Assembly: GCA_030141605.1 (NCBI GenBank)
Contig: JAQGDQ010001372.1
Location: forward strand, 1 to 44,004
Direction of reading: 5' to 3'
Source: Tubiluchus corallicola
Lineage: Eukaryota > Animalia > Priapulida
Length of the DNA stretch: 44,004 bases
The translations under genes were made by a program, and so were the position numbers. How positions within the stretch are numbered: position 1 is the stretch's first letter; every line of letters begins with the position of its first letter. Shown here one piece after another: positions 1 through 12,091 of the stretch. The notes beneath the pieces are model-generated. The model did no database searches. It was not told the origin of the DNA and saw nothing but the letters and a program-made list of their open reading frames with translations.

Positions 1-2150
1 ATGAATTGACGGACAGAAAGACAGATGGGAATGGCTCTGATATGTTTTAAATAATTATCCGAGGCACCATGGTACTAAGTTTCGTCTTCGCTACATCAGT
101 ACTATAGGAGGAGACAGATAATGAAGAGAGAAGGATACTAATTTCATAAGTTTTTCGATCAATGCTAGATAACCGTGCACAACTAAAGCCTAGACACCAC
201 CAATTGCGCAAGTTTGGTTAAAACTGAGTCAGTAGTTTCTCTGAAGTAAGGTGAACAAACAGGCTGACAGGCAGTCAGGCAAACAGACAAGCAGACTGAC
301 AGACAGAGAATACTGGAGGCTGAGAATAAGGGGCCGTGAAAATGAGTGAAAACCAATGTAATCTGGTAGTCTAAATTGGCTGAGTTGAGCCCTGGAACGA
401 AAATTTTAACGCAGTGAGCGCATGCTTGGATTGTTGCTGTTACTCAAGCGGAAAGGTGAACGAACATTCACAGAAAATTGGTCACCGTTTTAATCTCGCC
501 TGTCGTCAATAATATTATAACCGCGACTGTCTCTCCATTGTGACTATAGGTGAACTGAACGTGTGTTTTAATGAACTGTTGAACGATTAATTGTGCACTA
601 ATTAAGATCTGGTTTACAACGGTAAACACGGAAGTGGTTATATGACTGGATTAAAACATAGTATAGCTTGCGAACCTCTGCAGCTATTGAACAGCTACGT
701 GAGGTGGAAGTGCATAAAATGTAAGTACACATTTATCATAAGGTAGTTTTCTTTTTGTAAATTTACTTTTTTATTTAGTAAATTTAATTATTTAGATTCT
801 AGACTATGTAGTATGCATGTAGACTTGTAGTACATGCACGGTAATTATAGTAGCAAATAACAATTATGTAAAAATACCAGTTGAGAAAAACTGATTTTTC
901 GCAAAATAAATAACGGTTCAATGTTGTAACAATTATACCCTTTCAAACAAGTAAAAAAACTTTTGTCCATGTTTACAAAAATTACAGGCGCAGAGAATGT
1001 AACTGGCGAACTACGTCAAGACCATTAGCAAAGAGACTAAGTTCCGTAATTCAAGATCAGCCACACCACTAAATGCTGTCACGTAACTACTTAAAAGACG
1101 AACTACCCAACTTCTTATTACAGTTATTGAGTTATAAGTTTCTGTTAACTTAGACTTCTGATGATGCACCTCCACTGTTGCAAGACTTGCAGATTTGCTG
1201 ATGTTCTTCTGTAGGTTTCTTTGAACAAAGTCTTGCAGTTTTGTCATTAGCTTAACCTTACTGCTGAAAAGTATAAATTAAAATTTGGAAGTTTGTTTGA
1301 CTAAGATGGTGTTCCAGAACAGTGTGTTGAAGTGTTTTTCATGTCAGTTTGGATGCATTGGGTTGTGCAATTCAAAGTTATTGAAATGTGATTGTTAAAT
1401 AGACCACTGGCCGGTCATTATGACCCTTTAGACTAATGTCGTTACACACTCAGTAACAGTGTGAGAGCACTACCCTCAGACATTGGATTTGTAAAGCAAA
1501 AATTGAGCCCTGGCTGATTAGTATCCCACATTTTACAGTTTTGTCTTTTTAGCGCTGCACACTAAACAATTCAGCAAAATGCATTTCATTTCTGCATCCT
1601 CTAAGACACACATCAGTTTCAATTTGTGCGCATCAGTCGATAGATGTATTAATGATTTTATACTTTTTAGGAAACATTTAAAAATCTCTTTAATGTTTAA
1701 ATAACAATTTTATTAACTTTAATTTTGCGCAACTGTTAATGACAAGTTTATTAATTTTAGCAAAGATATTTTAAGGTGGTCTCTCCAACTTTGGTTTATC
1801 ATTGTCAATCTCTTAGTGGATCCATTCAATTTTGATAACTTCCTGTTATTTTATAGAATAATTTATAAAAAGAAAACTACTTTATGATAAACGTGTACTT
1901 ACATATCATGCAATATTCTAAGTTTGATGATTTGTTGGAGTTTGTGAAGGTATATTTTTAACTCTGTAATTTTATTTGAAGTTTTAACTTTGTAGTTGTA
2001 ACATTTTCTCAACTGCTGTAAAGCGCTTTGAAGCATTGTGTAAGGCTCTTATCTAAGTGTTTGTTCGAGGGTTGGTTCTTCCTTTTGACAGAGCTGCTCT
2101 TTGATTTATTCGACTCGTGTGCAACTAATATGCACCTAGGTTTAACAGAC

Positions 2151-2151
<1 letters not shown>

Positions 2152-2221
<70 letters not shown>

Positions 2222-2381
2222 AATAATAATAATAACAATAATAATAATAACAACAATAATAATAATAAGAATAATAACAACAACAATAATAATAATAATA
2301 ATAATAATAACAGCAACAGCAGCAGCAGCAGCAACAGCAGCAGTAGCAGCAGCAACAACAACAACAACAACAATAGTAGTA

Positions 2382-2445
<64 letters not shown>

Positions 2446-2476
2446 CAACTAATAATAATAACAATAATAATAATAA
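2152..2476. repeat. Compound trinucleotide microsatellite (AAT/AAC/AGC/AGT)
   Basis: Direct reading; ends about 13 nt before the MKNK acceptor. Confidence 0.97.
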
Positions 2477-2489
2477 ACTTATTACGCAG

Positions 2490-2698
2490 GAAATGCTGTT
2501 CACCAGCATTCAGGAGGGAACGTACGATTTTCCCGATCGAGATTGGGCGACCATCTCGGAGAGTGCCAAAGAGCTGATACGCCAGCTGCTGCAGAAGGAC
2601 GCTAGGCTGCGCTACAGTGCGGAAGAGGTGCTGGAACATCCATGGGTGAAGAACGGTGGCGCCACCACTTCGCTGGATACTCCCCGTGTGCTAATGAG
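2490..2698 (+). CDS. MKNK: MAP kinase-interacting Ser/Thr kinase (Mnk/Lk6 family), internal exon with the end of the kinase domain; the 5' part of the gene lies left of the window
   Basis: cgcAG|GAA ... ATG AG|GTacg. Encodes EMLFTSIQEGTYDFPDRDWATISESAKELIRQLLQKDARLRYSAEEVLEHPWV...LDTPRVLMR, which resembles the MNK kinase C-lobe (MLFESIQEGKYEFP.KDW.HIS..AKDLI.KLL.RDA..R.SA..VL.HPWV...L.TP.VLQR). Confidence 0.9.
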
Positions 2699-2743
2699 GT
2701 ACGGTGCTTTGTGTCTTAATGCTACACGTGTTATTACTATTAA

Positions 2744-3201
2744 CCCTTTCCGTCCCAAATTATTTTTTAATAAGAAAATTTTTTTTGACTTGGTACTTTT
2801 GTTCAGTATGTCCATGTCGTTTACACATAATAATTATTTTTTTCTACATGTGCCCGCGTGCTAAATATAGCCTGCATCCCACGGGATACATTGGGATTCA
2901 ATGGAAGCATAAAATGTGCTTCATTTTGCAACTACTGATAATTTTTTAAAGTATTTAAGACATTTAGTATGCATGCTATGCTGATCTGTACAAAGTCATC
3001 TCTAAAGTACTGTACCTTGCGCAGTTTTTTATGCTATGTAGATTTTCTAGTTTGCCATTTTATCACCATTTTTAGTCTATTGTTATTGGCTTAAATCAAA
3101 ATAACTATTAACACATCAAATAACTGTCAGTTTTAAAATTTTATTAATTTTAAACGCAGAAAATATTCTCGTATCCCACGGGATACAACGGGTGTGAAAA
3201 G
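2744..3201 (+). mobile_element. piggyBac-like non-autonomous element, copy 1
   Basis: TTAA|CCCTTTC ... GTGAAAAG|TTAA; near-identical to 27481-27939; internal TATCCCACGGGATACA-like motif twice. Confidence 0.8.
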
Positions 3202-3429
3202 TTAATCTACTCACCACTCTGAATACTATAGTAAAAATTTAACTTGAAAAAAGTATGAAAACTTTCTTAATTTGCATTCGAACCCGGGTCTTGGTAGTTC
3301 CGAAATTATTTCCATTTTCACTTAATTCAGTTTGTGGTAGTAATGCAATGTCTTGATGAAGCCGTTCTAAAAATCATAGCATAGGATAGTCTGTTTTTCT
3401 TTTATTCAAAAAGATAGTTGGGCCGTCCC

Positions 3430-3915
3430 AAAACCGGACAATGTGTAGACATTAGTTCAAAATAAAGTATGCTCTAAAATATTGAAAACTACGACAGCTT
3501 TTTTTTTAAAATAATAATAATTACCTCAGACAGTTCAAAGTAGACTTTCAAAGCTACACGCGGCTCAGCGAATCCACCAAGACTGGCAATGCCACACCAT
3601 CACATTTGCATGGCCGACAAATAGGGGCGGTACCATGATAGGGATGATCAGTGTGACGTGGAGTTCATTTTCGTGACATCTCGCAAGAGTTACTGAAATC
3701 TTATGCAAAAGTGCTTAACGCGCTGGGGACGATGCCTGTCATTGCACAAACTATGGTTAGTTTGTGATGTTAGTGATAGCTGTGTTTGGTTGCCATTAAT
3801 TAACTTTCCAAGATAATTATTCAGATATTAGAAACACTGCCAATGTATTAAAATAAATTAAAATTGGACAGTTAATTAAAATGAGATTGAGTCTAAACAA
3901 TCGTCCGGTTTTCTT
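3430..3915 (-). mobile_element. Kolobok/T2-like MITE, diverged copy
   Basis: Reverse-complement homologue of 37021-37558; AAAACCGGA inverted ends; TTAA at the right end. Confidence 0.6.
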
Positions 3916-3926
3916 TTAATATCTGA

Positions 3927-4163
3927 AAAGGTAAACAATACTATGTCATGACATATACCACGTCCCATATGTGAGGCGGCAATATTGCCTGTTCTTTCAG
4001 GAATCCATAATTAAGTTGCTGAACTGATGCGAGAGATGACTTTGCTAAAAGGTTAACAATACTACGCCATGATATATACCATGTCTCATATGTAACACAG
4101 CAATATTGCCTGTTCTTTCAGTAATGCATAATTGCTGAACTGATGCGACAGATGACTTTGCTT
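3927..4163. repeat. Diverged tandem duplication, about 121 bp x2
   Basis: aaaggt(a/t)aacaatact...gatgactttgct occurs twice. Confidence 0.85.
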
Positions 4164-4224
4164 TATCCACACGTCATGTGACGGTTGTAGTTAAGGTGCA
4201 TTGCTGTAATACACTCAACCTTTG

Positions 4225-5196
4225 ACCTAGAGCAAGTCGAGTCAATTCAGATTCAATTTATTGTTTTGCAGGAATAACAGTTGTGCCAAAGATTTATCAG
4301 CTTTACCTAGAGCAAGTCGAGTCAATTCAGATTCAGTTTATTGTTTTGCAGGAATAACAGTTGTGCCAAAAATTTATCAGCTTTACCTAGAGCAAGTCGA
4401 GTCAATTCAGATTCAGTTTATTGTTTTGCAGGAATAACAGTTGTGCCAAAGATTTATCAGCTTTACCTAGAGCAAGTCGAGTCAATTCAGATTCAGTTTA
4501 TTGTTTTGCAGGAATAACAGTTGTGCCAAAGATTTATCAGCTTTACCTAGAGCAAGTCGAGTCAATTCAGACTCAGTTTATTGTTTTGCAGGAATAACAG
4601 TTGTGCCAAAGATTTATCAGCTTTACCTAGAGCAAGTCGACTCAATTCAGACTCAATTTATTGTTTTGCAGGAATAACAGTTGTGCCAAAGATTTATCAG
4701 CTTTACCTAGAGCAAGTCGACTCAATTCAGACTCATTTTATTGTTTTGCAGGAATAACAGTTGTGCCAAAGATTTATCAGCTTTACCTAGAGCAAGTCGA
4801 CTCAATTCAGACTCAATTTATTGTTTTGCAGGAATAACAGTTGTGCCAAAGATTTATCAGCTTTACCTAGAGCAAGTCGACTCAATTCAGACTCAATTTA
4901 TTGTTTTGCAGGAATAACAGTTGTGCCAAAGATTTATCAGCTTTACCTAGAGCAAGTCGACTCAATTCAGATTCAGTTTATTGTTTTGCAGGAATAACAG
5001 TTGTGCCAAAGATTTATCAGCTTTACCTAGAGCAAGTCGAGTCAATTCAGATTCAGTTTATTATTTTGCAGGAATAACAGTTGTGCCAAAGCATTGTCAC
5101 AACGGTGTGTTTGCCTACCTAGAGCAAGTCGAGTCAATTCAGATTCAGTTTATTGTTTTGCAGGAATAACAGTTGTGCCAAAGATTTATCAGCTTT
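4225..5196 (+). repeat. 80-bp tandem repeat x12 containing the MKNK splice acceptor and exon start
   Basis: ttgttttgcAG|gaataacagttgtgccaaagatttatcagcttt recurs every 80 bp from 4261 to 5061; the last spacing is 92 bp. Confidence 0.97.
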
Positions 5197-5258
5197 CACA
5201 GACATTGCAGTGGAGATGCTGATTCAAGCTACGCAGCACGGCAGCAGTTGCAAGTCTG
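5164..5258 (+). CDS. MKNK: MKNK penultimate coding exon
   Basis: ttttgcAG|G AAT AAC AGT TGT GCC AAA GAT TTA TCA GCT TTC ... TCT G|GTgagt. Phase-2 entry matches the previous exon. Encodes (R)NNSCAKDLSAFTDIAVEMLIQATQHGSSCKS, similar to MNK2 RNSCAKDLTSFA. Confidence 0.85.
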
Positions 5259-5329
5259 GTGAGTTGCACGTTTCAGCCACTAGATGGAAGCACTAGCCAA
5301 AACATGCGAAAGCACAAGAAAACCTTCTA

Positions 5330-5720
5330 TTTATAGAATGCTTAAAAAATTTGTCTTGAAATTTTATACGACGTACGAAATGCCTTTTGCATGTTAGGGT
5401 TGCTTAAAACTTGTAAATTTAAACTCCCGCGATGACCGTTGGACGCAGCCATTTAAACTCCGGCGATGACCATTAGAGGCAGCCATTTTGACGATAAGTA
5501 ATTTGAAACAAGTTTAGATAACATCGTGTAAAGTTTGAAAAAATAATCAGAGTTCATAGCATATACGTTGATAACTAAGTAAAATTTTAAATTACTGTAT
5601 CTTGTCAATAAATTTAAAAATATGTTTTTTTGGCTACTGAGTGGCGCCGCCTGGAGGGTGGTGAATCAACGACATTTCACCCATTGGTAAAAAGATTTTA
5701 AATAATTAACAATTTTTTTG
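5330..5720 (+). mobile_element. Unclassified interspersed repeat family; other copies at about 14680-14797, 18840-19290, 21820-21950, 23755-23880 (inverted) and 28265-28690
   Basis: Shared core ...cgatgacc(a/g)ttagacgcagccattt...tttgaaacaagtttagataacat.gtgtaaagtttgaaaaaataatc...; ends not defined. Confidence 0.7.
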
Positions 5721-5978
5721 TATAAGTCATTCAAGTAGGCAAGTGAAATGCTTGGAAATAATTTTGCATGGAAAGTTCCTTGGGATAAACTTTGAAATTG
5801 ACTTTTCTTCCCTTTTAATCACAGACAGTTTATGTTAAACTTGTTTATCTTGCTTTGCTAGCTATTTGATATTCATTATTAAAATGTAAAAACTTGTAAT
5901 TTAATGGACAATTTTTGACTTAAATTTGTGCACATGTACTGCCAACTTTGCTGTCGTAATGTCTGGGGAATTTTAGTG

Positions 5979-6404
5979 TAATGAAAACACGTTTTGAAAA
6001 TGAAACTCCTGTTCACTTGTTGAATTGTGCTGCAGTTTCTAATGAAAACACGTTTTGAAAATGAAACTCCTGTTCACTTGTTGAATTGTGCTGCAGTTTC
6101 TAATGAAAACACGTTTTGAAAATGAAACTCCTGTTCACTTGTTGAATTGTGCTGCAGTTTCTAATGAAAACACGTTTTGAAAATGAAACTCCTGTTCACT
6201 TGTTGAATTGTGCTGCAGTTTCTAATGAAAACATGTTTTGAAAATGAAACTCGTGTTCACTTGTTGAATTGTGCTGCAGTTTGTAATGAAAACACGTTTC
6301 GAAAATGAAACTCCTGTTCACTTGTTGAATCGTGCTGCAGTTTCTAATGAAAACACGTTTTGAAAATGAAAGTCCTGTTCACTTGTTGAATCGTGCTGCA
6401 GTTT
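5979..6404. repeat. 61-bp tandem repeat x7
   Basis: taatgaaaacacgttttgaaaatgaaactcctgttcacttgttgaattgtgctgcagtttc; ends about 15 nt before the last MKNK acceptor. Confidence 0.95.
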
Positions 6405-6419
6405 TGAATTTTCTTGTAG

Positions 6420-6586
6420 GTTTGTCGTCTAGAATCAGTTCCCGCCCGGCGCTGGCACGATCACCGAGCGAATCGAGCATCCTACGACGTCGCCTACTGC
6501 GACAGCGGGCCGCCGTGAGCATCGGTCCGTCGTCGCGACGACTCAGCGTCGATCCGCGTTATCTGATGAGCAGCTCCGAATTTTAG
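6420..6586 (+). CDS. MKNK: MKNK last coding exon, with a basic MAPK-docking-like C-terminus
   Basis: ttcttgtAG|GT TTG, phase 1 matches. Encodes GLSSRISSRPALARSPSESSILRRRLLRQR...SSEF*; SPSESSILRRR resembles the MNK SPP..S.LA.RR MAPK-binding motif. Followed by long U-rich 3'UTR-like sequence. Confidence 0.75.
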
Positions 6587-8668
6587 GCGCGCGCCGTCCA
6601 CGTGGCGCCGCCCTGTGATCAGCAGACTTGTGATGATGAAGCGTTACCGTCTGTCACACCCTGGGGAAGTGCGAACGTTCTCTTGTTTTTTTATTCTCAT
6701 GGTGTCCGTCTGTGATGAAGATGTTCGCTGGTGTAATTTCACTTTCCGAACGATCGTCAAAGTGGTGCAGGCCGACCATCAGCTCCACCTGGTGACTAGG
6801 ACTTGCAACGACAGCAGCGCGCCTGGAGGAAGAAATTAGGAACTCGGCGCGGTTCGTCGAAGAGCGGAGGATGCTCGTTTGTTTCCGGAGCATGGTTGGC
6901 CTGAACCATTGCGCAGGGGAGGGGTGAGGGTAGTGCGGTTTGTTCGTGCATTATTTGGGAGTCGTGTTGCGCTGTACAAGAGACATATGATTAGTTTTAA
7001 CACGTGTATTTTTACTTGCAAAGCAGCGAAGGCGACGCAAATTTGTCTGGCATCATTAGGTATTTCTACCATCTGGTTTCTGCCAAAATTGCTCTAATTT
7101 TGTTCATTTTCCTTTAAAAGGCATTTTGTTAGTAAAATCGGTTTACCAGCGATGGATTAAATTATTTTCTGCACTTACCGTTCGTTTTCGATCAGCAGCC
7201 ATATTGTCTCCTTGTTGCTTTTATGGTTTTTTTATTATCGGACAAATTTGCCTCGCCTTCGTGCGTTTTTACCGACTTAATCGTCAAAAAATAAAAAATA
7301 TTTGCATATTATATGCATGCATATATGACTAAGTATGTACATTTTGTTGAAATTTTTGTTGTACAGGGAGGGGGGTGTTAAGCAGCTTAACAAAAGTCAG
7401 ATCAGCAATTACGTAACTGGACTAGCACAATATTGTTAATGGTTTCGCGTGTAATATAGGATACGTATATTTTACCTTTTGTGGCTTTTTTTAAAGACTT
7501 TATATACGTTTTTTGCGTAAGTGCAGATTTATTTTGTAGCGCTTTGCCGTTTCCGTATGCTAGCGTAACGGTTTAGTTTCACTACCCGTTGCTGTCGCCA
7601 ACCAAATAAGCTAACTTGATTTTTCTCGTCCCTAAATATTTCACACAAATTTTCGCTGTTGTTTTATAATGGTGACGGGGGTGTATCGATGAGAGTGAGT
7701 GGCTGTGTCCATTATTTCAACTTCATTATTTCAACTTCGCTCTTTTTCATATTAGTGTGCTTATTGATTTATTTTTGTACATTAAGTGTGTGTACCGAGG
7801 AATGATATTGTGTAAATATGTGTACATTTCAAATCGTTGGGCGTATCGGAAGGTTTTTTAAAGGAGAAGCACCTCGCCAAACGGACGTCTGAGTTTCACA
7901 TTTCAACGCAGCGTTGTTTGTCTCTCGTTTCTAGCCGAAAATGCAAAATTCTTGCCAGGGTTAGAATTGGCGAAGGTTTCTCCTGTGCATCTGCACATTT
8001 TGGTGCTTTCCGATTTCGAATCGAGTCGGTTTATTGAAAATGAGGCTGAGGGCACTGCGGTGATCGAGGGACCGAGTGCTTTTGTCACTTATTGCAGCCG
8101 ACGCATTTATCGGTTTTATTGCTTCCAAGATTTGGGTGATAAGTGACCGTGTAGAGCGTGCTTTATATGATGTGTTTCATCAAGAGCCAGTGATGTGTGG
8201 GGACCGTAAAGCAGTTTTCTACGGTGGCACCATCTGGTGCAGATTGCTGTAAAAATTCTTTTTCTTTAAAGTGTATGATTTTTTTCTCTTCGCGCTGTCG
8301 ATGAAGATTAATGTGCGAGACGAGAGAGGGCGTCTCTTTTTTCTTTTCCTAAATATGCGTGGGCGGTTGTAAATATTTAATGATTTTTCTGTACGATTGT
8401 AAGAATTGTGCTCTTATATCACGTCTTCGAATGAAAAGTTTATCTCAGTGAAACAGAGATGGCAATAGCTGTCCGATACTTTTCTTTTATTTAGTGTAAC
8501 CGAGAGCATCGGTAAGAATGAAAATCTCTTTATAAGAGGTTTGAATTTGATTTGTTTTTAAAGAGGCAGTGTTAGTCTTTTTTTCCGGAGTTTCTCTGAG
8601 CATAAAATGTGTCATCTTGTTTTATATTGTTTGCATGTGCTACGAAGCCTGTTTGTAATCTGTTAAAT

Positions 8669-9154
8669 CAGGGGTGTGCAAATTGCGGCCCGCCGAGAGA
8701 ATTTGTGCGGCCCGCAAAGAGATTTGTCGACCTAATGAAAGTGCGGCCCGGGCGATTAATTGAGTGTATCCAGCTGAAGTCCGTGCCACGATCCCAAAGA
8801 TAGTGCGGGTAGTTTTTTCTACTAGATCGGATGCCATTAACCCTTACAAGACGGTTGTAGCTTAATGTCACTGCACTACACAGACTGTGTGATACACATT
8901 GCTAATATGCATTGTAATGAAATTACCACTATCTGTCCTGAAAGTAGAAATATATGGTTTGTAATATAAATTTTAATAACTAATTCTAAAATAGTTTCTT
9001 GAGTGTAAGTAGTAATGATGTACGCAGGTCGGATGCAAAAAAATCGTTATTACGCCTTTCTGTACTTGACTCCTTGATCAAACTGCCTGTGGCCCGCAGG
9101 AATTGCGGGAAAGTTTAATGTGGCCCGGCTAGTCAGATAATTTGCACACCCCTG
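8669..9154 (+). mobile_element. hAT-like MITE, copy 1
   Basis: TIR CAGGGGTGTGCAAATT / AATTTGCACACCCCTG; 8-bp TSD tgttaaat/tgttagat. Confidence 0.85.
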
Positions 9155-9889
9155 TGTTAGATGCTGCAACAGAGATATCCAATTCCATGTAACACTGTGT
9201 GATAGATAATATTGTTGGCCTTTTGTATATGTAGAAAACTGGAAGCAATGTACGGAAATAATTTTCAGATAGTGATAACTTGTTTAGCTTGGATACAACT
9301 AGCCGTAACGTTTCGCGTTAAAAATCAATAATTTCAAAAACTAGTCAGCTCTTCGCCTGTGCGAAATTTATGGTTATGTTGGAATCAAAACGTTGTGTTC
9401 ACACTGTAATAAGACTTGTAACGTTCACATTGCTTTGTTTATTGTGTGACTAAGGCTTAAGCTGAACTGAATTCTAGGTGGCGGAAATTCAGAAAATCAG
9501 ATTTGCAATCTTGCCGCATTCACTTACGTAAATTTAGTGCAATTTCGAATTTCTGCCGCCCGAATGGGTTCGTGTTTGCAAAAATTTGTGCTTTTATGAG
9601 AATTGATGAAATGTGTTGTCGTAAAAGTGGAATTTTGAGGACCGGATGTCGTCATCCGGTTCGTGAGGTACGGGTGGATGCGTTGGTCGGGTTAGCCACC
9701 TCACCTCCCGTCCACTCGTACGCGTATCTAGTGCCTTATTATTGCTTTGGGAGCGCACGTCCGGTTTCGCGCACACGCGCGTTCGGACGCGACAGACGTT
9801 TTACACGAGGGACCAAATCACGAGGTGCAGTCTTGCGAGCTTCCCAAAGTTATAATAACAAATATATTTACTCTTCTACTATTTGTAAA

Positions 9890-10572
9890 TGCTCAGGCTA
9901 AAGTTGAAAGAACAAAGCAGTACACGATCGGCGTGTTTCATTGCTTCGAGATCGGTTGCAAGGAGGGGGGTACAAAGAGATCGTATACTGGAAATTATGT
10001 AAACCGGGGGCGGATACAACCTTTAGAAAAAGGGTGGGCCAACAAAAAAGCAGCTAGGGGGTCTACAGCACCAGTTGTAAGCCGGGTCCGCTTTGTTGTA
10101 TTTTAGACCATTTCCTTAAGCATATTAAATATTTTAGAACTCATTATGTCACCTCGGACTTTTACTACTCGATATAATTCATTAAAAGCTGCCATTAAAC
10201 GTGCTGAAGCTTGTAATCCAGAGCAGATATTCACTCGGTGTGCTATAACTCGTACTATGAAAGGGGGGTCCAGGCGTCTTGGGTCCACCCCCCCTAAATC
10301 CGCCACTGTAAACGTTCGTCGTTTTTACGTTGGACTTGAAATTTCCTGCACTTTAGCGAGTGGGAGAAAGTTCTATACTGACCGTCTGCAGGTTTTACAA
10401 TGGTAGGTGCTGCCACCATACGACAAACTTTCAAATTGGGCTCCGTCAGTTTAACATCGGCCGTTTTATTCTCGCAAAGAATGCGTCTGTCGCGCGCAGC
10501 ATCTTGATGAATAATTTGCTGCGAATACAGTAAAACGAAGCGGTGGAAACCCTTTCAACTTTAGCCTGAGCA
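9890..10572. mobile_element. Putative TIR element bounded by a 21-bp perfect inverted repeat, with a nested element
   Basis: tgctcaggctaaagttgaaag (9890-9910) and ctttcaactttagcctgagca (10552-10572); no clear TSD. Confidence 0.5.
10005..10308. mobile_element. Small TIR element with a 5-bp TSD
   Basis: taaac|CGGGGGCGGAT ... ATCCGCCACTG|taaac; interior related to about 35420-35528. Confidence 0.55.
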
Positions 10573-11037
10573 AAATCTGGCTTCGTCAAACATTGAAGCC
10601 GGCCTCGCCTCGTATGGAGACAACTACTTTTCCAGAAATCTCGACACCGTGAAGTTGAGTGTTTGGTTTAGTAGTTGTCACAGCAATGGCGTGATAAGCT
10701 GCTGGGTGTATTTTTGACGTAATTAGAGTATTTTTGGCATAATTAAAGTATTTTTGACGTAATCAGAGTAAGGGGAGATATTTTTGACAGTAAAATTTGC
10801 ATTCGAAAACGACCTAGTGAAATTATATGGCTTCTGACAAATAAGAAATGTGGGCAAAAAGCCTACTTGGCTTCTCAGCAGTTATCGTCGCCGTAGAAGA
10901 ATGAATTTGCTAAACATGCATTACTTGATAGTACCGTATTCGAGTATAGTTTATACGTGATATAGCATTGTTGCTTTGAAGTACATTTGGAAACTAGTAT
11001 ACTGCATTTGTCTTGTTAACGATAACTAGGTAGATCT

Positions 11038-11550
11038 GTCCTAGTTCAGCATTGTGTAAACTGATTTTAGACCGGTACTGTTTCCTAGTTCAGCATTGTG
11101 TAAACTGATTTTAGACCGGTACTGTTTCCTAGTTCAGCATTGTGTAAACCGATTTTAGACCGGTACTGTTTCCTAGTTCAGCATTGCATAAACTCGGTAC
11201 TGTTTCCTAGTTCAGCATTGTGTAAACTGAGTTTAGACCGGTACTGTTTCCTAGTTCAGCATTGTGTAAACTGAGTTTAGACCGGTACTGTTTCCTAGTT
11301 TTCAGCATTGTGTAAACTGATTTTAGACCGGTACTGTTTCCTAGTTCAGCATTGTGTGAACTGATCTTAGACCGGTACTGTTTCCTAGTTCAGCATTGCG
11401 TGAACTGATTTTAGACCGGTACTGTTTCCTAGTTCAGCATTGCATAAACTCGGACTGTTTCCTAGTTCAGCATTGCGTGAACTGATCTTAGACCGGTACT
11501 GTTTCCTAGTTCAGCATTGTGTAAACTGATTTTAGACCAGTACTGTTTCC
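11038..11550. repeat. 44-bp minisatellite, about 12 copies
   Basis: ttcctagttcagcattgtgtaaactgattttagaccggtactgt, with some shortened units. Confidence 0.95.
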
Positions 11551-12091
11551 TCTTTTCTCATATGTTTAGCACATTCATTCTGGGCGGGGCGAGGTACTTG
11601 TTTTTTGTGATCTCCCGGCGCGCGCAATCGGCAGCATGCGATTGCGTGCGCCGGTAGAACTTGTCGGTCTAACGTGCATAAATGAAAAAAATGTGAAAAA
11701 ATTCCGAACGCTTCTCCGTGCGGCAAACGAACGGTAACAACAACGGCAAAAAGTTAATTCCAGAAACTTTGAACCAGAAATAAATCCCGTCCACAACTTA
11801 CGCTTAACGGCGAGTTTGTTCTGTCGTTTACCGCACGGAAGTACCGGCATCGCCATCTTTAGCTGTGCGTAACAAACCAGCGTGAACTATTCCCGACTGC
11901 ACCAATCGTGTCCGAATTCTTCGTTTTTTGCATCGGGTGATACGCGAAAGGGTTCAGTACGGAATAGTTCCGCCGAGTCGCTAAAACTTATTGGATAAGA
12001 GTTATTTTTCATGTGAAACTAAAGAACAAAATAAAATAAATCTCAAAATCACAAAACTTTTGATGAATTCAGACATTTTATATTGACTTTG

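Noticed and set aside
1-340. GACA-rich segment resembling a transposon end
   Set aside because: It is cut by the window edge and has no termini or second copy to support a family call.
1011-1247. 78-aa minus-strand ORF
   Set aside because: No recognisable motif or splice context; it lies in an MKNK intron.
2009-2639. Long poly-Ile/Leu/Tyr/Cys ORFs, and similar ORFs at 17736-18521 and 26490-27343
   Set aside because: These are translations of trinucleotide microsatellites; only the spliced exon at 2490-2698 is credible coding sequence in this span.
6615-8146. Short ORFs downstream of the MKNK stop codon
   Set aside because: No recognisable homology; the composition fits a long 3'UTR.
11569-11593. 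Possible plus-strand micro-exon (tttAG|...GAG|GTactt)
   Set aside because: There is no gene to attach it to, since MKNK has already terminated; it is likely a chance match.
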